Below are positions 12,301 to 25,583 of a DNA stretch of 64,000 nt, piece by piece. The DNA is from Chrysemys picta bellii (lineage: Eukaryota). The stretch is taken from the NCBI RefSeq assembly GCF_011386835.1, contig NC_088791.1:132184001-132248000 (forward strand). Reading direction: 5' to 3'. The translations under genes and the position numbers were made by a program. Under the pieces are notes generated by a model. That model ran no database searches. It was not told the DNA's origin and saw only the letters and a program-made list of their open reading frames with translations. Every line of letters starts with the position of its first letter. Position 1 is the stretch's first letter.

Positions 12301-13244
12301 CAGTAGAATCCCATTTATCTGATCTAATTGGGACTGGGGCCAGATTGGATAATCAAAAATTCAGACAGTCAGGAGAATGGGCAAAGAGCTTTCTATCCGT
12401 TATTTTAAGATGCGGCATTGCTTTTAAGCTAGCTGACGCCTCCCAGAAAAGCATTAAAACATAGCTCCCTTCTTATCTCCTTAACAGAATATACAAAGCA
12501 TTTGATTCTTGAAAACAATGTTTTGTTCATTTATTAACAGGAAAACCAACGTGAGTTTTTAACAAATTGTATTGATCATTTTTACATGCTTTACTCTTTA
12601 ACCCTGAACATTATAAGGACCATGTACAACGCCTGTTTAGTTACACAAGGCACCATCTCTATACAGTTGGTTTACACATGTACAAACAGTACAATTTTAT
12701 AAAAATGAAAAACTGATAATCAGTTGTCAGATGTCATTATGCTTTTTAAACTGACTGAGCCATCGCTGACTATCAGAGAAACACGCGTTCCCTCCTAAAG
12801 TTTGATTAAAGCTCTTAGCCTTCTCAAATAGTAAAGGACCACTAATAGGAATGCCTTCCTCTCCCGCCTGTATAAACCACCAATAAAGGGCTTCAGCCGG
12901 ACCACCGTCCTTCAATTGCTTCATGTTCTTCCGGGATGCAGAATTTGCTCGGTATTGTGTTTGATGTCCAATATTGTGCTTTTTCCAATGTTATAATCTT
13001 GGGCTATTTTTGAAAGTGACTGTCCTTTTTATTTTATTAATTACCTCTATTTTAGCATCCAATGACAGTACTACACTTTTTCACTTACTAGTCATGGTCA
13101 TTTTACAAGGCTGAAAAGCTGCGATGGTTACAGTAGTGTTGCCAAGGAGGTGACATCAATTTCCCATATTCCTGTGTGTGTGCTGGTTGGTCAGTTAATA
13201 TGGAGAGCCAGATAATGGAGGCTCGGATAAACAGGGTTCTGCTA
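12301..13244 (-). mobile_element. Tigger/pogo DNA transposon remnant with CENP-B-type HTH
   Basis: TA-flanked degenerate TIRs (cagtagaatcccatttatc / gataaacagggttctgcta). ORF 12727-12924 gives ALYWWFIQ..EEGIPISGPLLFEKAKSF...WLSQFKKH, typical of a pogo transposase N-terminus. Confidence 0.8.
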
Positions 13245-13598
13245 TACTGGTAACATGTACCCCATTACCAGATCCCACACTAATCACTAAAGACTAGACT
13301 TCCTTCTCAGGAAGACCAAAGTCAGTACTAACATAGTTCAGATGACCAGCTTTTGTACCCCAATCATTCATGGCTATGCAGCTGCACTCATTCACTAGGC
13401 TCTTTCTGAACAGTAAACTACAGGGAACATCCTAGACTGAAGAGAATTTGTTTGAGGACAAACAATGGGCATTGTACCCCTATAGCTGCATTATTCACAT
13501 ACATGGCTTTCCTCTCCCTCACTATCTCATTCTTCTTCTCTTGTCTCACTTCTTTACCCTCATTCCTCCTTGGAATTAACAGGATTAAATTTCCTTAC

Positions 13599-13870
13599 CC
13601 AAGTCTCTTAGATTTTTGATGAATTAGCTGGAAATCTTCTACCAGGGCCAGAGCTTCATCATCAGTCTGTGGATGAGATTTCCAGACCTAAGTCTGGATT
13701 CCCTCAGGCAGAATGGTCAGGAAATGCTTGAAAAGCAACAGCACTGTGATCTGCTCCTTTGTGTGGATCTCTGGCTGCAGAAAGTTCACAGAGTTGACTG
13801 TAAACTTCTCAGGATCCTTCAGACTCCTGATAACAAAATTGTTATCCAGGCCAATGCTGTACTATAGTGG
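13599..13870 (-). pseudogene. SCAN-domain pseudo-exon, paralogue of 24225-24650
   Basis: QFCYQESEGS*EVYSQLCELS / frameshift / LQPEIHTKEQITVLLLFKHFLTILPEGIQT*VWKSHPQTDDEALALVEDFQLIHQ, then donor gtaagg. Two in-frame stops and a deletion; the 5' part is replaced by repeats. Confidence 0.9.
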
Positions 13871-14074
13871 ATGTCTTCTTTTATGTTAATATAGACAATT
13901 GCCCCAGCTGGTGCGGGGTGGGAGGGCGTGGAGCTGCCGGTGAGTTCTCAACCCCCAGCAATTTTTCCTGTGCTCCGGCGTTTTTTTTTGTTTTGCTCCG
14001 CCACCAGCTTTTTTTTTTTTTTTTTTTTGCTCTGGGCCCCCCGCATCCTGCTATTTCACCTCTGTCATCTGGTC

Positions 14075-14988
14075 ACCCTATGTGGAGCATGCTTTCAGAA
14101 GTCTTAAAAAAGAATCCAAACCACCAAAAAAGAAAATCAACCTTCTGCTGGTGGTATCTGACTCAGATGATGAAAATGAAGACGCGTCGGTCCACACTGC
14201 TTTGGATTGTTATTGAGCAGAACCTGTCATCAGCATGGACGCATGTCCTCTGGAATGGTGGTTGAAGCATGAAGGTACATATGAATCTTTAGCGCATTAG
14301 ACATGTAAATATCTTGGGACGCCGGCTAAAACAGTGCCATACAAAAGCCTGCTCTCACTTTCAGGTGACATTGTAAACTAGAAGCAGGCAGCATTATCTT
14401 CTGCAAATGTAAACAAACTTGTTTGTCTAAGCGGTTGGCTGAACAAGAAGTAGGACTGAGCGGACTTGTAGGCTCTAAAGTTTTACATTGTTTTATTTTT
14501 GAATGCAGGTTTTTTTGTACATAATTCTACATTTGTAAGTTCAACTTTCATGATAAAGAGATTGCACTACAGTACTTGTATTAGGTGAATTTAAAAATAC
14601 TACACCACTACCTCCATATAACGCGACCTGATATAACACGAATTTGGATATAACACGGTAAAACAGCGCTCCGGAGGGGCAGGGCTGCACACTCCGGCGG
14701 ATCAAAGCAAGTTCGATATAACACGGTTTCAGCTATAATGCGGTAAGATTTTTTGGCTCCTGAGGACAGCGTTATACAGTGGTAGAGGTGTATTTCTTTT
14801 GTTTTTTACAGTGCAAATATTTGTAATAAAAATAAATATAAAGTGAGCCCTGTACACTTTGTATTCTGTGTTGTAATTGATATCAATATATTTGAAAATG
14901 TAGAAAACTTCCAAAAGTATTTAAATAAATGGTATTCTATTATTGTTTAATACCACAATTAATCTTTTTTAATCACTTGACAGCCCTA
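14075..14988 (+). mobile_element. hAT transposon 3' part with decayed dimerisation domain
   Basis: ACPLEWWLKHEGTYESLAH*TCKYLGTPAKTVP...LSLSGDIVN...NKLVCLSGWLNKK, and the terminal repeat tgacagcccta. Confidence 0.85.
14603..14790. mobile_element. TA-flanked Tigger-like MITE nested in the hAT element
   Basis: TA-caccactacc ... ggtagaggtg-TA, with internal gatataac repeats. Confidence 0.75.
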
Positions 14989-15546
14989 GTATTAACCAAA
15001 ATGTGTAAATTGATTTACTGATGTAACTGCAGTGAGATTGAATATAGGGTATTGTGCTATTAAGATAAGAAAGTAGCTAATAGCAAATAAGGTATATTAT
15101 ATAGAATGTTTTACATCCAGAATTCTTTATATTTGTGCTAAATTTTGCTGTGGAAACTTACTGGTAGCTAAACTGTTACAAATATCTGTTACAAATGGCT
15201 GAACTAATTTAGCTGAAACTTAAAAAAAAAAAAATCAACTTGAGACAGATACCTGGCACCAAAAATTTCAGTCCAAGTGGTTGAAGTACAATCCCTGTCC
15301 TAGCTACCTCTATATGTGCAAAGTTTGGAAGAATCCATTAAGCGAATAAGATGGATGCCCTGTTGAGTCTTGCGAAAGCAGTACACCAGGTTCTTTCATC
15401 TGGAAGAAAACCATCACTGATAAAGTTTGTAGATGACACACAAATGAAGAATATAGGTCTGATATAGAGCTATCTGGATCACTTGATAAGCTGGGCGCAA
15501 ACCAACAATATGCATTTTAATATGGCTACATGTAAATATATATACA

Positions 15547-17506
15547 TAGAATCATAAAAGTGTAGGACTGGAAGGGACCTCGAGAAGTCTCTATAGTCCA
15601 GTCCCCTGCACTCAAGGCAGGACTAGGTATTATCTATGCCATTATCTAAATCCTTGATGAAGATATTGAACAGAATCCACTTGATATGCCCTTCCAGTTT
15701 GACTGTGAACCACTGATAACTACTCTCTGGGAATGGTTTTCCAATCAGTTATGCACCCACCATATAGTAGTTCCATCTAGGCTGTATGTCGCTAGTTTGT
15801 TTATGAGACGGTCACGTGAGACAGTATCAAAATCCTTACTAAAGTCAAGATATACCACATCTGCCCTTTCATCCCAATCCACAAGGCTTGTTACCCTGTC
15901 AAAGAAAGCTATTAGGTTGGTTTGATATGATTTGTTCTTGGCAAATCCATCCTGATTGTTACTCTGGGGGAAGGATAGCTCAGTGATTTGAGCATTGGCC
16001 TGCTAAACCCAGGGTTCGGACTTCAATCCTTACAGATCTGGGGCAAAAATCTGTCTGGGGATTAGCCCTGCTTTGAGCAGGGGGTTGGACTAGATGACCT
16101 CCTGAGGTCCCTTCCAACCTTGATAGTCTATGATTCATCACTTTATTATCATGTAGGTGTGTTTGCAAATTGATTGCTTGATTATTTGCTCCATTATCTT
16201 TCCAGGAACTGAAGTTAAACTGACTGGTCTGTAATTCCCCAGGTAGTCCTTATTCCCCTTTTTATAGATTGGTATTATATGTGCCCTTTTCCAGTTCTCC
16301 AAAACCTCTCCTGTCTTCCATGAGTTTTCAAAGATCATCACTAATGGCTCAGATACCTCCTCTGTCAGCTCCTTGAGTATTCTAAGATGCATTTAATCAG
16401 GCAACAGCAACTTGAAGACAACTAACTTGTCTAAATAATTTTTAACTTGTTCTTCTCTATTTTAACCTCAGATCCTATCTCATTTTCACTGGTGTTCGCC
16501 CTCTTAGATGTCCAATCACTACCAAGTTTCACTTCTTGGTGAAAACTGAAACAAAAAAAAAATCAGTTAGCATGTCTGCCATTTCCACATTTTCTGTTAT
16601 TGTTTTTCCCCGCTCATTGAGTAACGGGCCTACCCTGTCTTTGGTCTTCCTCTTGCTTCTAATGGGTTGGTAGAATGTTTTCTGGTTACCCTTTATGTCC
16701 CTAGCTAATCTAATCTCATTTTTGTGCCTTGGCCTTTCTAATTTTGTCCCTACGTGCTTGCATGGTTTGTTTATCTTTATCCTTTATAATGAGACCTAGT
16801 TTCCATTTTTTGTAGGGCTCTTTTTTGAGTTTCAGATCATTGAAGATCTCCTGGTTAAGCCAGGGTGGTCTCTTGCCATACTACCTAGCTTTCCTATGCA
16901 GTAGGATGGTTTACTCTTGTGCCCTTAATGATGTCTCCTTGAAAAACTGCCAGCTCTCTTGAACTGTTTTTCCCCTTAGACTTCCTTCCCATGGGATCAT
17001 ACCTACCAACTCCCCGAGTTTGCTAAATTTGCCTTCTTGAAATCCATTATGTTTACTATGCTGTTTTCCCTCCTACCATTCCTTAGAATCAAGAACTCTA
17101 CCATTTCATGATCTCTTTTACCCAAGCTGCCTTCCACTTTCAAATTCTCAGTCAGTTCCTCCCTATTCGTCAAAAATCAAATCTAGAACAGCCTCTCCCC
17201 TAGTAGCTTTCTCAGCCTTCTGAAATAAAACATTGTTTCCAATACATTCCAAGAACTTGTTGGATAATCTGTGCCCTGCTGTGTTATTTTCCCACCAGAT
17301 GTCTGGGTAGTTGAAGTCCCCAATCACCACCAAGTCCTGTGCTTTGGATGATTTTGTGAGTTGTTTAAAAAAAGATTCATCCATCTCTTCTTCCTGGTTA
17401 GGTGGTCTGTAGTAGCCCCCTACCATGACATCACCCTCATTTTTTTTTTACCCCTTTTATCCTTACCTAGAGACTTTCAACAAGTCTGTCTCCTGTTTCC
17501 ATCTCA
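15547..17506 (-). mobile_element. CR1 LINE fragment (endonuclease and RT regions, with internal deletions)
   Basis: ORF 17163-17426: [10 protein letters not shown]...[15 protein letters not shown] (APE endonuclease). ORF 16138-16392: RILKELTEEVSEPLVMIFENSWKTGEV..NWKRAHIIPIYKKGNK..GNYRPVSLTSVPGKIMEQII. The 3' tail tagaatcat lies at the left end. Confidence 0.92.
15966..16136 (+). mobile_element. Turtle tRNA-derived SINE (Cry/polIII type) with CR1-like tail
   Basis: ggatagctcagtgatttgagcattggcctgctaaacccagggtt (tRNA-like A box region) followed by ggactagatgacctcctgaggtcccttccaacc...ctatgattc. Confidence 0.88.
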
Positions 17507-18485
17507 TCTTGGCACAAAGGTTATAGGACATATTAACACGATGGGGGACTCTACACTGGGAAGCAGTGACTCTGAAAATGATTTCGGGTTGATGGTTGAT
17601 ACTCCGCTGAACATGAACTCCCAGTGCGATGCTGTGACCAAAAGGGCTAATGAAATCCTTGGATGCACAAACAAGGGAATTTCAAATAGGAGCAGAAAGC
17701 TTATTTTACCTCTGTATTTGGCAATGGTGCGACCTCTGCTGGAATAGTGTGTCCATGTCTGGTATCTACAATTCAAGAAGGATGTTGATAAATTGGAGAT
17801 GGTTCAGAAAAGAGCCACAAGACTGGTTAGAGTATTAGAAAATTGTAGTGGGACTCAAAGAACTCAATCTAGTTAGCTTAACAAAGAAAAGGTTAAGAGG
17901 TGACTTGTTTACAGTCTTTAAGTACCTACAGGAGAAACAAATATTTAATAATGAGTTCTTCAATCTAGCAGACAAAGGTATAATACAATCCAATGCCTGG
18001 AAGTTGAATCTAGACAAATTCAGATTGGAAATAAGGTGTAAATTTTTAACAGTGAGAGTAATTAACCATTGGAACAATTTACAATTGGTGGATTATCCAT
18101 TGCTGTCCATTTTTAAATCAAGATTGGATGTTTTCCCAAAAGATATGCTCTAGGAATTATTTTGGGGAAGTTCTGTGGCCTGTGTAATACAGGAGGTCAC
18201 AATGATCCCTTTTGGCCTTAGAATTTATGAATCTGTGAAGAGTCTGGTTGGTACAAGGCGCCTCTGTGTCTTGCAAAACTTGTATGAAGAAAGTCTGTAA
18301 GGTCTGTGTGTGAAAGAACCTTCGGTGGCTGGGCGGCATAGTGGCTAGATCATTAGCCAGTGGGGATGTAGGGGGACCTGGGCCCTCCCTCTCCCCCAGG
18401 TCCCAGCCCAGGACCCTACCAGGGGAGATGGGTCTCCCGCCTGGCCGGTGTGGGTTCCCCCACTGGTACTTCCTACTAAAGTCTC

Positions 18486-18535
18486 TTTCTGTTCTTTTTG
18501 CGGATACAGACTAACACGGCTGCTACTCTGAAACC
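18486..18535 (+). mobile_element. Penelope-like element terminal fragment
   Basis: tttctgttctttttgcggatacagactaacacggctgctactctgaaacc, which I recognise as a common turtle Penelope-type end. Confidence 0.5.
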
Positions 18536-19394
18536 TTAGTTTGGGGTGTAGCCCCAAGTAGTCCATTTATCCCACAGTTGGAGCTTATCTGCAGACTCCC
18601 CTTGGCAGGGGAAGGCTTACTTGCCTCCAGTAGCTGCATTGGCTGGCAGGTCGCAGATCCCTACCTTCAGGTAGGCAAACAGAGAACTCTTGCCTCCTTG
18701 CCAGTCAGTCCCGCACTGAGCCAGACTCCCTTCTTTTCTCCCCTCTCCAGGCCTGGCATTGGCTGCAGGTATAGCGGGGTGGGGCTAGCTGAATCCATAG
18801 GGGTTTTTTTAACCCCTGCTGTGCCAAGAGGCAGTTTCTCTGCTCCTGCACACTGTGGTAATATAGTGTCAGCTAATATAATATACAATATTAATATTGT
18901 GGAAGCAGAGAAAGAACTGACAGGAAGGGGATGCAATGCATGACAGTTCTTTCTCTGCTTCCACAATATATATAATATCTGGTATATTTTTGTATATCTA
19001 TGAATTGTATTCATGTTAAACTCTTCCCAGGATGCTTTTTACTTATGTTCAGCTCTTTAACCAAGGGAAAATATGAAATGTTGTAATTTCTGTGCCAGGA
19101 ACAGAGACATGCCAAAATGACAAGATAAGATAAATGATTTTGTTGATGCTTGACCAACATGCAGACTGTACCAAGGTACAGGTGTTTGCTGACTTCTGGA
19201 ATACCATGTTCAAAACAGGATAAAAAACTGGCACAAACTGGTGTGTAAATCTTGGGTAATGCTGGAATACCCTGTTTTGTTGTAAACAACTTGAATATAA
19301 ATATGAGACAGGCTGACCACTGCAAGAGATTGTCTTCCAGATCTGGTAATGTACGAACGTCTCTGCATTGTGCTGATTTAGAGACTCAGCTACT

Positions 19395-19700
19395 TTAAGA
19401 CCAGAACAGACTATCATGATTATCTAGTCTGACCTTCTGAAAATCACAGGCCACAAATCCTCACCCACCCACTCCTGCCATAGGACCATAGCCTCTGGCT
19501 GAGTTAGTGAAGTCCTCAAATCTAGTTAAAGACTTCAAGTTACAGAGAATCCACCATTTACACTAGTTCAGCCCAGCAAGTGACCCAGGCCCCTTGCTAC
19601 AGAGGAAGGCAAAAAACCCTTTTGGATCTTTGCCAATCTGACCTGGGGGAAATTCCTTCCTCACCCCAAATATGGTGATTAGTTAGACCCTGAGCCAGCA
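19395..19700 (-). mobile_element. CR1 3' fragment
   Basis: ttaagaccagaacagactatcatgattatctagtctgacct...ggggaaattccttcctcaccccaaatatgg is a reverse-complemented CR1 3' UTR. Confidence 0.7.
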
Positions 19701-20729
19701 TCTGAGCAAATCATACTTTTAATTAATAAAATGACTGGTTGAGTCTAGGTTATCTGATGTCTAATCAATAAGAGAACTGAACCCTAATAACAAACTCTTT
19801 AGACAATCCAAGACATTATACAGGTGCAAGTGAAGGTCATGGGTAGTGAGAGGTATTCTTGCAGGCCTCATTGGGGAAGAGAAACAAACTGAAATGAGAC
19901 ACAGATTACATATTTAGGAACAGAGCAAACTCCCTCATCCACCCTACTCCATGGCCCTGGGCAGAATCAACCGATCAACCCTCATAGTCCCATAATGAGT
20001 GTCAATTCTTACTCTCAAAGCTACAGGATATGTAATTCCCATGCTGGCTCTCTTCCTCTCCTAGATTGTTCCCAGACAGAGCTAGTGTAAGAAACATCCT
20101 GAGAAGGGCCAGGGGTCACCTGAGTTGTAGTGTATTAAAGTGCTCTCAGTAGGAATGTGCTACTTACGGTGTAGTGAGCATGCTCAGTACATCTGCTGAA
20201 GCCACTGCCCTTCACTTGTCCTTATTAGCCGTAAGTTTCTGCGGACTGCTTTTGAGAGGGGTTAAAAAGTGGCAAAGGGGGCGAATCGGAGGAGGAGGCG
20301 ACCAGGGTCTGAGCAGGGGGTGAAAATTTACTGGTCTGGGGGGTCAAGCAGCTGGAGGCAGCATTAGGAAAGGGGCTAAAGGGCAAAATCAGGAATGAGG
20401 GGGGAGGAGGTGGAGTTAAGCCCAGGAGTGAGGTGCTGGCAGAGGGTGTCAGAGGGCAAAACCCTGGCACAAGCAGGGGCAGAGGGGGTAGCAGTTACCC
20501 CAGTGGCACTGACACACCAGTGCTTTGCAAAATAGTTTGTTGGGGGGGGGCAGAGGCATTTTTATTTGAGCAAAGTGGCTTTTTTGTATGGTCACACGAA
20601 CAGTGGGTTAAAAGCAGATGCAGCAGAAGGAAAGACGGAAAGTCTTTCTTTATAGAGGCAAACAAGCCCAGCTCTGAGATCGCTGCTCAGCCATCCCTCC
20701 TACACTGAAGACGGGGTCCCATTCAGTAC

Positions 20730-21039
20730 CTGCACATGCTGTCTCTCCGCTAGCTGAATTGCAGCTGCAACCCTTCTGCTAGTGTCTGTCTGCGCAGTGA
20801 CAGGGTTAAACCACAGAGCTCGAACGCCTTTGTAGAGAGGACCAGGAACTACTGCAAGGGGGGAAATTAATATAAAAGGAACTTCCTGTCCCCAACACTC
20901 CGTCCTTCTCACTTGTAACTTAGCCCACTGCAGCAGTTGTGCATTAGAGTTGCGTGGTTGAATCCGTTTCCAAAGAAGCATCGGCCCCAAACAAGGAGGA
21001 CTAGGTTTCCCTGGTCCCACGTGCTGCCAGCCCAGCGAG
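20730..21039. promoter_or_regulatory. Candidate bidirectional promoter with divergent first exons
   Basis: - strand donor cag|gtactg (exon end 20730) and + strand donor gag|gtgagt (exon end 21039) face away from each other. Between them: ETS-like acttcctgt (~20882), E-box cacgtg (21018) and a ZNF143-like actaggtttccc. The region lies between the two divergent SCAN paralogues. Confidence 0.5.
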
Positions 21040-22697
21040 GTGAGTCTGGGCTAAGAGGAGACAGCAGCGAGAGTCGTAGGAGGGCTGCAGAATTGAACAG
21101 CGGGGAGGCAAGAAATCTCTGCCTGCAGACCCAGGGGAACCGGCAGAGGCGAGAGAAGACGAGCCGGGGGGAGCCAACTCAGGGGCAGCTCGTAGTGAGG
21201 AGCTGAGGTGGGTCAGGGACTTTTCTAAACCGAACGGGGAGCCTGAAGTTGGTAGCCCAGGTCCGGGGGTCGAGGGGGAAAGAGAGATTTCTGCTTGGGT
21301 GCAATAGCCTGAGCCTTGAGCAGAGGAGCAGGGAAGTCCTGCCTGGATCTCTCGACTTGTCTATGGAATTGCAAGCACCTTACACAGGAGCCTTTTTTCA
21401 GCTGCTTCGCCTTCATGCTGATGTCTCCTGCAAGGAGGATGCAGAGATTTGGGAGTGGAGGTAGGGAGGGCACCTGCCCCTTTGCCTCCCTTGCCTGATG
21501 GTGAGATAATATACCTCTCAGAAAGATCTCTTTTTGAGAAGGAATTGTGTGTTCTGGGGTGGGTAATAGGGGTTTTTGTTTCAAAGCCTCTCATGCACTA
21601 AGGATGAAGTCTTGCCCTTTTATAGGGTGGCTACTGTCTCCTGTTCTCAGCAGGACTGATGCCAGGCTCCCCTTAGTACAGATGGCCACCACTTTACAGT
21701 GTTTGCAGTGGGACTAAAGGCAAGGCTACCCTCACTGAAGATGCCACACACTGTGCTGTCAGGAGGCAGAGAAGTTCATTGAGGAGCGGGTGAACATCTA
21801 GGGGACACACAGAGACAGTGTGCCAATCAGCTTAGAGTGCTGTGGGGAATCAAGGAGATGCTGGAGGACAGGAGAATGTGGGGGACAGTAGAAACTTGGG
21901 GGGTGGGGAGAGATACTCTTGAGGAAAGGGAATGTGGGGACAGGGTGGGAAAATCTGAGATAGCAGAAGACTGAGGGGAAAGAGAAGAATGTGGGGGACA
22001 GGTGGAGGCAGGAGATAGACAAGAGGGGCTGAGAGGTTGTGGATGGAGGAAGGAGAGGGATTGGGGTGGGGAAGAATGGCAGCTTGCTCCATCCAGGAGG
22101 TAAGGGGAAGATTAGTGGAGTTCCCCTCTAAGCAGCCAGGGAGGTGGCTCATACTCTTGTGTGTGCATTTACCGTAAGGTTGAATCTTCAAGCTGAACTG
22201 ATCACACCAATGGTGGGGCAGCAGACATACACTGAAGGCTAAAGAATCAGATGACTCCTTTTTTTAAAATCTGTGTCCTGACTTTTGGGGGCTAACTTGT
22301 GATTTTTGAACCACTGGGGCTGGTCAGACCCGCCAACGGGGGGGCAAAGAGGGGCAATTGCTCAGGCAGGCCACAGAGCTCCTAGGCGGACGAGACCGCA
22401 CTGGCCAATTGCGGCGGCCCGCGGGGCCCCCAAAGCGTGGGGCCTGGAGTGGTCATGCACACCTAGGAGTGACAGGCGATCCCAGAAGTGATGGATTTGT
22501 CACTTCTGCCCCGGGTCCCACCCCCACAGGGAAGGCACTGGGGCATGGAATTTCTGTCAGCAGACCTGGAGTTGGTAATAATGTAATGTGCATCTTTATG
22601 AGCAGGAGGCAGGCAACCCAGCTCCTTCTCCGGTTGTTCCTGGGCCAGGGAAAATAATGATCCAAACAGCGGACCAAATTCAGTGATGAATCCTGGT

Positions 22698-22839
22698 CAC
22701 GTGCTCCCTGAGGAACATTGCGCATGTGCTAAGAAGTCTCATTACAGCATCTTGGTTGGAGCCAGGAGAGGGAGAGAGAGCAAGCAGTAACTGCTGGGAG
22801 CTTTAGGAATAGGAACTGTGACCCATTACAGGACTTAAG
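22698..22839 (+). promoter_or_regulatory. Candidate alternative promoter or non-coding 5' exon of the + SCAN-KRAB gene
   Basis: E-box cacgtg 22698-22703, NRF1-like tgcgcatgtgc 22719-22729, donor aag|gtagtt at 22839/22840. Confidence 0.4.
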
Positions 22840-24224
22840 GTAGTTCTCTCTCTTATGCTTTCCTTTATGTGCTTTCCCCATAAAGTACAGCAGGTCCTCT
22901 CCTATCCCTTTTTTCTCTTCCATCTTCAGACCAGTCTTCTGTTTGCCTCTCGCCCCTGGCCCGTTTTCTCTGTCCCTTTCACTCCTTTCTCTGCTCTCTT
23001 TCTATACACACACACGCCCTCTGAATTGCTTTTCATTTAGATTAAAGAAAACAACCAATCAGAAAAGAGCAAATGTCTTTTTGGGGTAAGGACTGTCATT
23101 TATGGCATGTTTGTACCGCTCCTAACACAATGGGCCCAAGCCCGCTCCCAGCCGCGCCGCCAGTGAGTGCTGGGGGATGGTTCCCCCAAGCTCCAAGGGC
23201 TGGGAGCCAGGAGAGCGGAGCAGGCTGGGGCCGGGTCACTCCACTTCCCGCCACCCTATGAGTGCGGGGTCGGGCCTGCCCTGCGCTCACCAGGCGGCAG
23301 GAAGTGGAGTGACCCAGCTCCAACCTACTCCGCTCTGCCGGCTTGTGCTGGGGGGCGGTTCCCCCCTTTTCCCCTCAAGCCTGCTCCTGCCCCCCCCATG
23401 GAGGCCTGAGGCCCCCCACACACACCCTGTGGGGGGGCTGTGTAGGGCACCAAAATGGCTAGGGACAGCCCTGGACAGACCCCTTAGAAATTTAAAGAGA
23501 GTTGTGAGTTACATGGCTTTATACACTATGCGCCTCTTGTATCTGTTTTATGCAGATGCGACTCCATTGAGTGCAGTAGAGTTGCTCTTGATTTTCTCTG
23601 GCGTGAGTGAAATGAAGTTCTGGCTATTTAAATGAAGGCTGTGGGCCTTTGGCTTTTTATCATTTCATTGCTGTCTTGAGAGATCCAGAAGAGAGACTGA
23701 TGGAGCTGAACCTCTTGCAGTCTGTGAAAGTAAGAAACAGAAATCCATCATTGGAGGCAGATTAGCTCTTTCTTCTCCATGGTTCCCTGGAGTTGGGTGG
23801 GTGAGAGAGCCTGGTCTGCTTCTGAATGTATCATTCCTTTTCTCAGTTTTGTTTCTTTCCTCCCTGAAGCCTGCAGGAAGCACCTCTTGCGAGTGAATTT
23901 CACTTGGACCAATAAAGCCATCTAGATTTGTTTAAATAGTTCATCTCCAGAGTGTGATGTGCAAGCCTACGAATCATCAAACCACCACAAAAGGTACGCG
24001 CAGCAGGAAATGGTTAGTGGAGCTGATCCTAACTATGGGACGCAAAGGATGAATGTTTTTCACCAAGCATACAAGTGAGATGCAGAACTGAGACAACTAG
24101 CGCATAGGCCCAAGCTGGAGTAACCTCACAAAGACAGACAACAGACATGCAGCAGTGAGTAACTGCATCTGTGTGCCTTCAGTTACAGACACTGCCAAAC
24201 TGAGTGGTGCAATCTGAAGTAAAG

Positions 24225-24650
24225 ATGGAGGAGCAAGCCGTATTCAGCCATCGACTAGCAGCGGAAACAGCGCAAGCAGAAAACACACCCACTCTATCCC
24301 TGTCTGGGACAGTTGACTCCAGTAATGAGAGGGAAGCCACCCTGCAACAGTACAGCATCAGCATGGAGAAGCACTGCAGACACTTTAGACAATTCTGCTA
24401 TCAGGAAGCAGAAGGACCCCAAGAGGTTTACAGCCGACTCTGTGAACTTTCCCATCTGTGGCTGCAGCCGGACCTCCATAGAAAGGAGCAGATCATTGAG
24501 CTGCTGGTTCTTAAGAAATTCCTGACCATCTTGCCTGAGGGAATCCAGACATGGGTTCAGAGACTTCATCCAGAAACATGTGATGAGGTTGTTGCCCTTG
24601 TAGAGGCTTTCCAGCTAATTCATCAGGAGATTGGGAAATGTGGGCAAAAG
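24225..24650 (+). CDS. SCAN-domain exon of a ZKSCAN-like gene
   Basis: ATG 24225 (aagATGg). HFRQFCYQEAEGPQEVYSRLCELSHLWLQPDLHRKEQIIELLVLKKFLTILPEGIQTWV...HPETCDEVVALVE, then donor aag|gtaagg in phase 0. Confidence 0.88.
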
Positions 24651-25460
24651 GTAAGGACCACTGAATGTTAATTCAGATGAGGGAAGAGGTGAGGTGATGG
24701 AGAGAGTGAAGGCGAGATTGTTAGTGAATGTGTAAAATAAAGTATTTTTGTACTCTAAACAATTCTGTTACCACCTGAGGTGAACCCACTAATTTTATTT
24801 TGTATTGGTTGAATACTCATGTCTAAAAAGAGTCCTGACTATGAGAGAATATTGCCAGCTTATTTACTTTCTTGAGCCTTCAGTTCTTGAGTCCCTGGCA
24901 GAGTGCTATCAGATGATAGCCCTGGGGAGGGGAAGCCTAATCTTCTCTCAGGGAATGTGATAGTGCATTGAAGAGGAATATGCTGGTGGTACTTTGAAAA
25001 TGGCCTTGATTCTGGATGTAGCTCTGAGATGGTCCAAGCTTGAGCCCATGAAGAGCTGACCGAGAGTAATACTTCCAAAGCAAAGAGAAGGAAGAAAAGC
25101 TATCAAGGGAGAAGGTAGAGAGAGAAATAGACTGTCCCCCACATTTCATTTTATTTCAAGTGACTCTTAATGCGGTGACTTCTTTACATTTGAATTTTTC
25201 TAAATCTCCATCTCTCTCCTTATTCTTCAACCTGACCCTCCCCAGCTTCTGTCTCCTTCATTCTTTTTTCCCCAACACATTTTTCCCTAACCTGTCCTGC
25301 CCCCATTTTATCCCCCATGCACACACTCCCTCTCCTCTCTTCTTCCACTTCATCACAGAACAAACCCTAATTGGATTTACCTTGTGCCTGTACAGCCTGT
25401 AACTGAGCAGCAGGATTGTCACTGAATATCCATCTATTGAACAGGGAATACCTGTTTCAG

Positions 25461-25583
25461 ATTCCAGTGACATTCGAAGACGTGGCTGTGTATTTCACCA
25501 AGAAGGACTGGGGTCGTCTGGACAAAAGGCAGAGGGAGCTCTACAGGGATGTCATGCAGAAGAATTTGAAGACTACTCTCTGG
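25461..25583 (+). CDS. KRAB-A exon (123 nt, 4 nt shorter than the usual 127-nt exon)
   Basis: Acceptor tttcag|att. [41 protein letters not shown]. Donor tgg|gtaaag falls in phase 0 instead of phase 1. Confidence 0.85.

Larger units (their letters stand above)
15405..18235 (+). mobile_element. CR1 ORF2 3' part on +, split by a younger - strand CR1 (pieces about 15405-15546 and 17507-18235)
   Basis: ctggatcacttgataagctgggcgcaaaccaacaatatgcattttaat before the break continues as catcttggcacaaag...ggggactctacactgggaagcagtgactctgaaa after it. ORF 17848-18153 gives GLKELNLVSLTKKRLRGDL...WKLNLDKFRLEIRCKFLTVRVINHWN. Confidence 0.8.

Noticed and set aside
13673-13867. + strand 64-aa ORF
   Set aside because: Antisense shadow of the SCAN pseudo-exon. 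The same shadow peptide appears opposite the intact SCAN at 24294-24569.
20700-21020. VAAAIQLAER resembles the DUF3669 motif (VVAAIQAVER) of ZNF282/777-type proteins
   Set aside because: The match is only about 10 residues with no supporting flanks, and it lies in a probable non-coding first exon.
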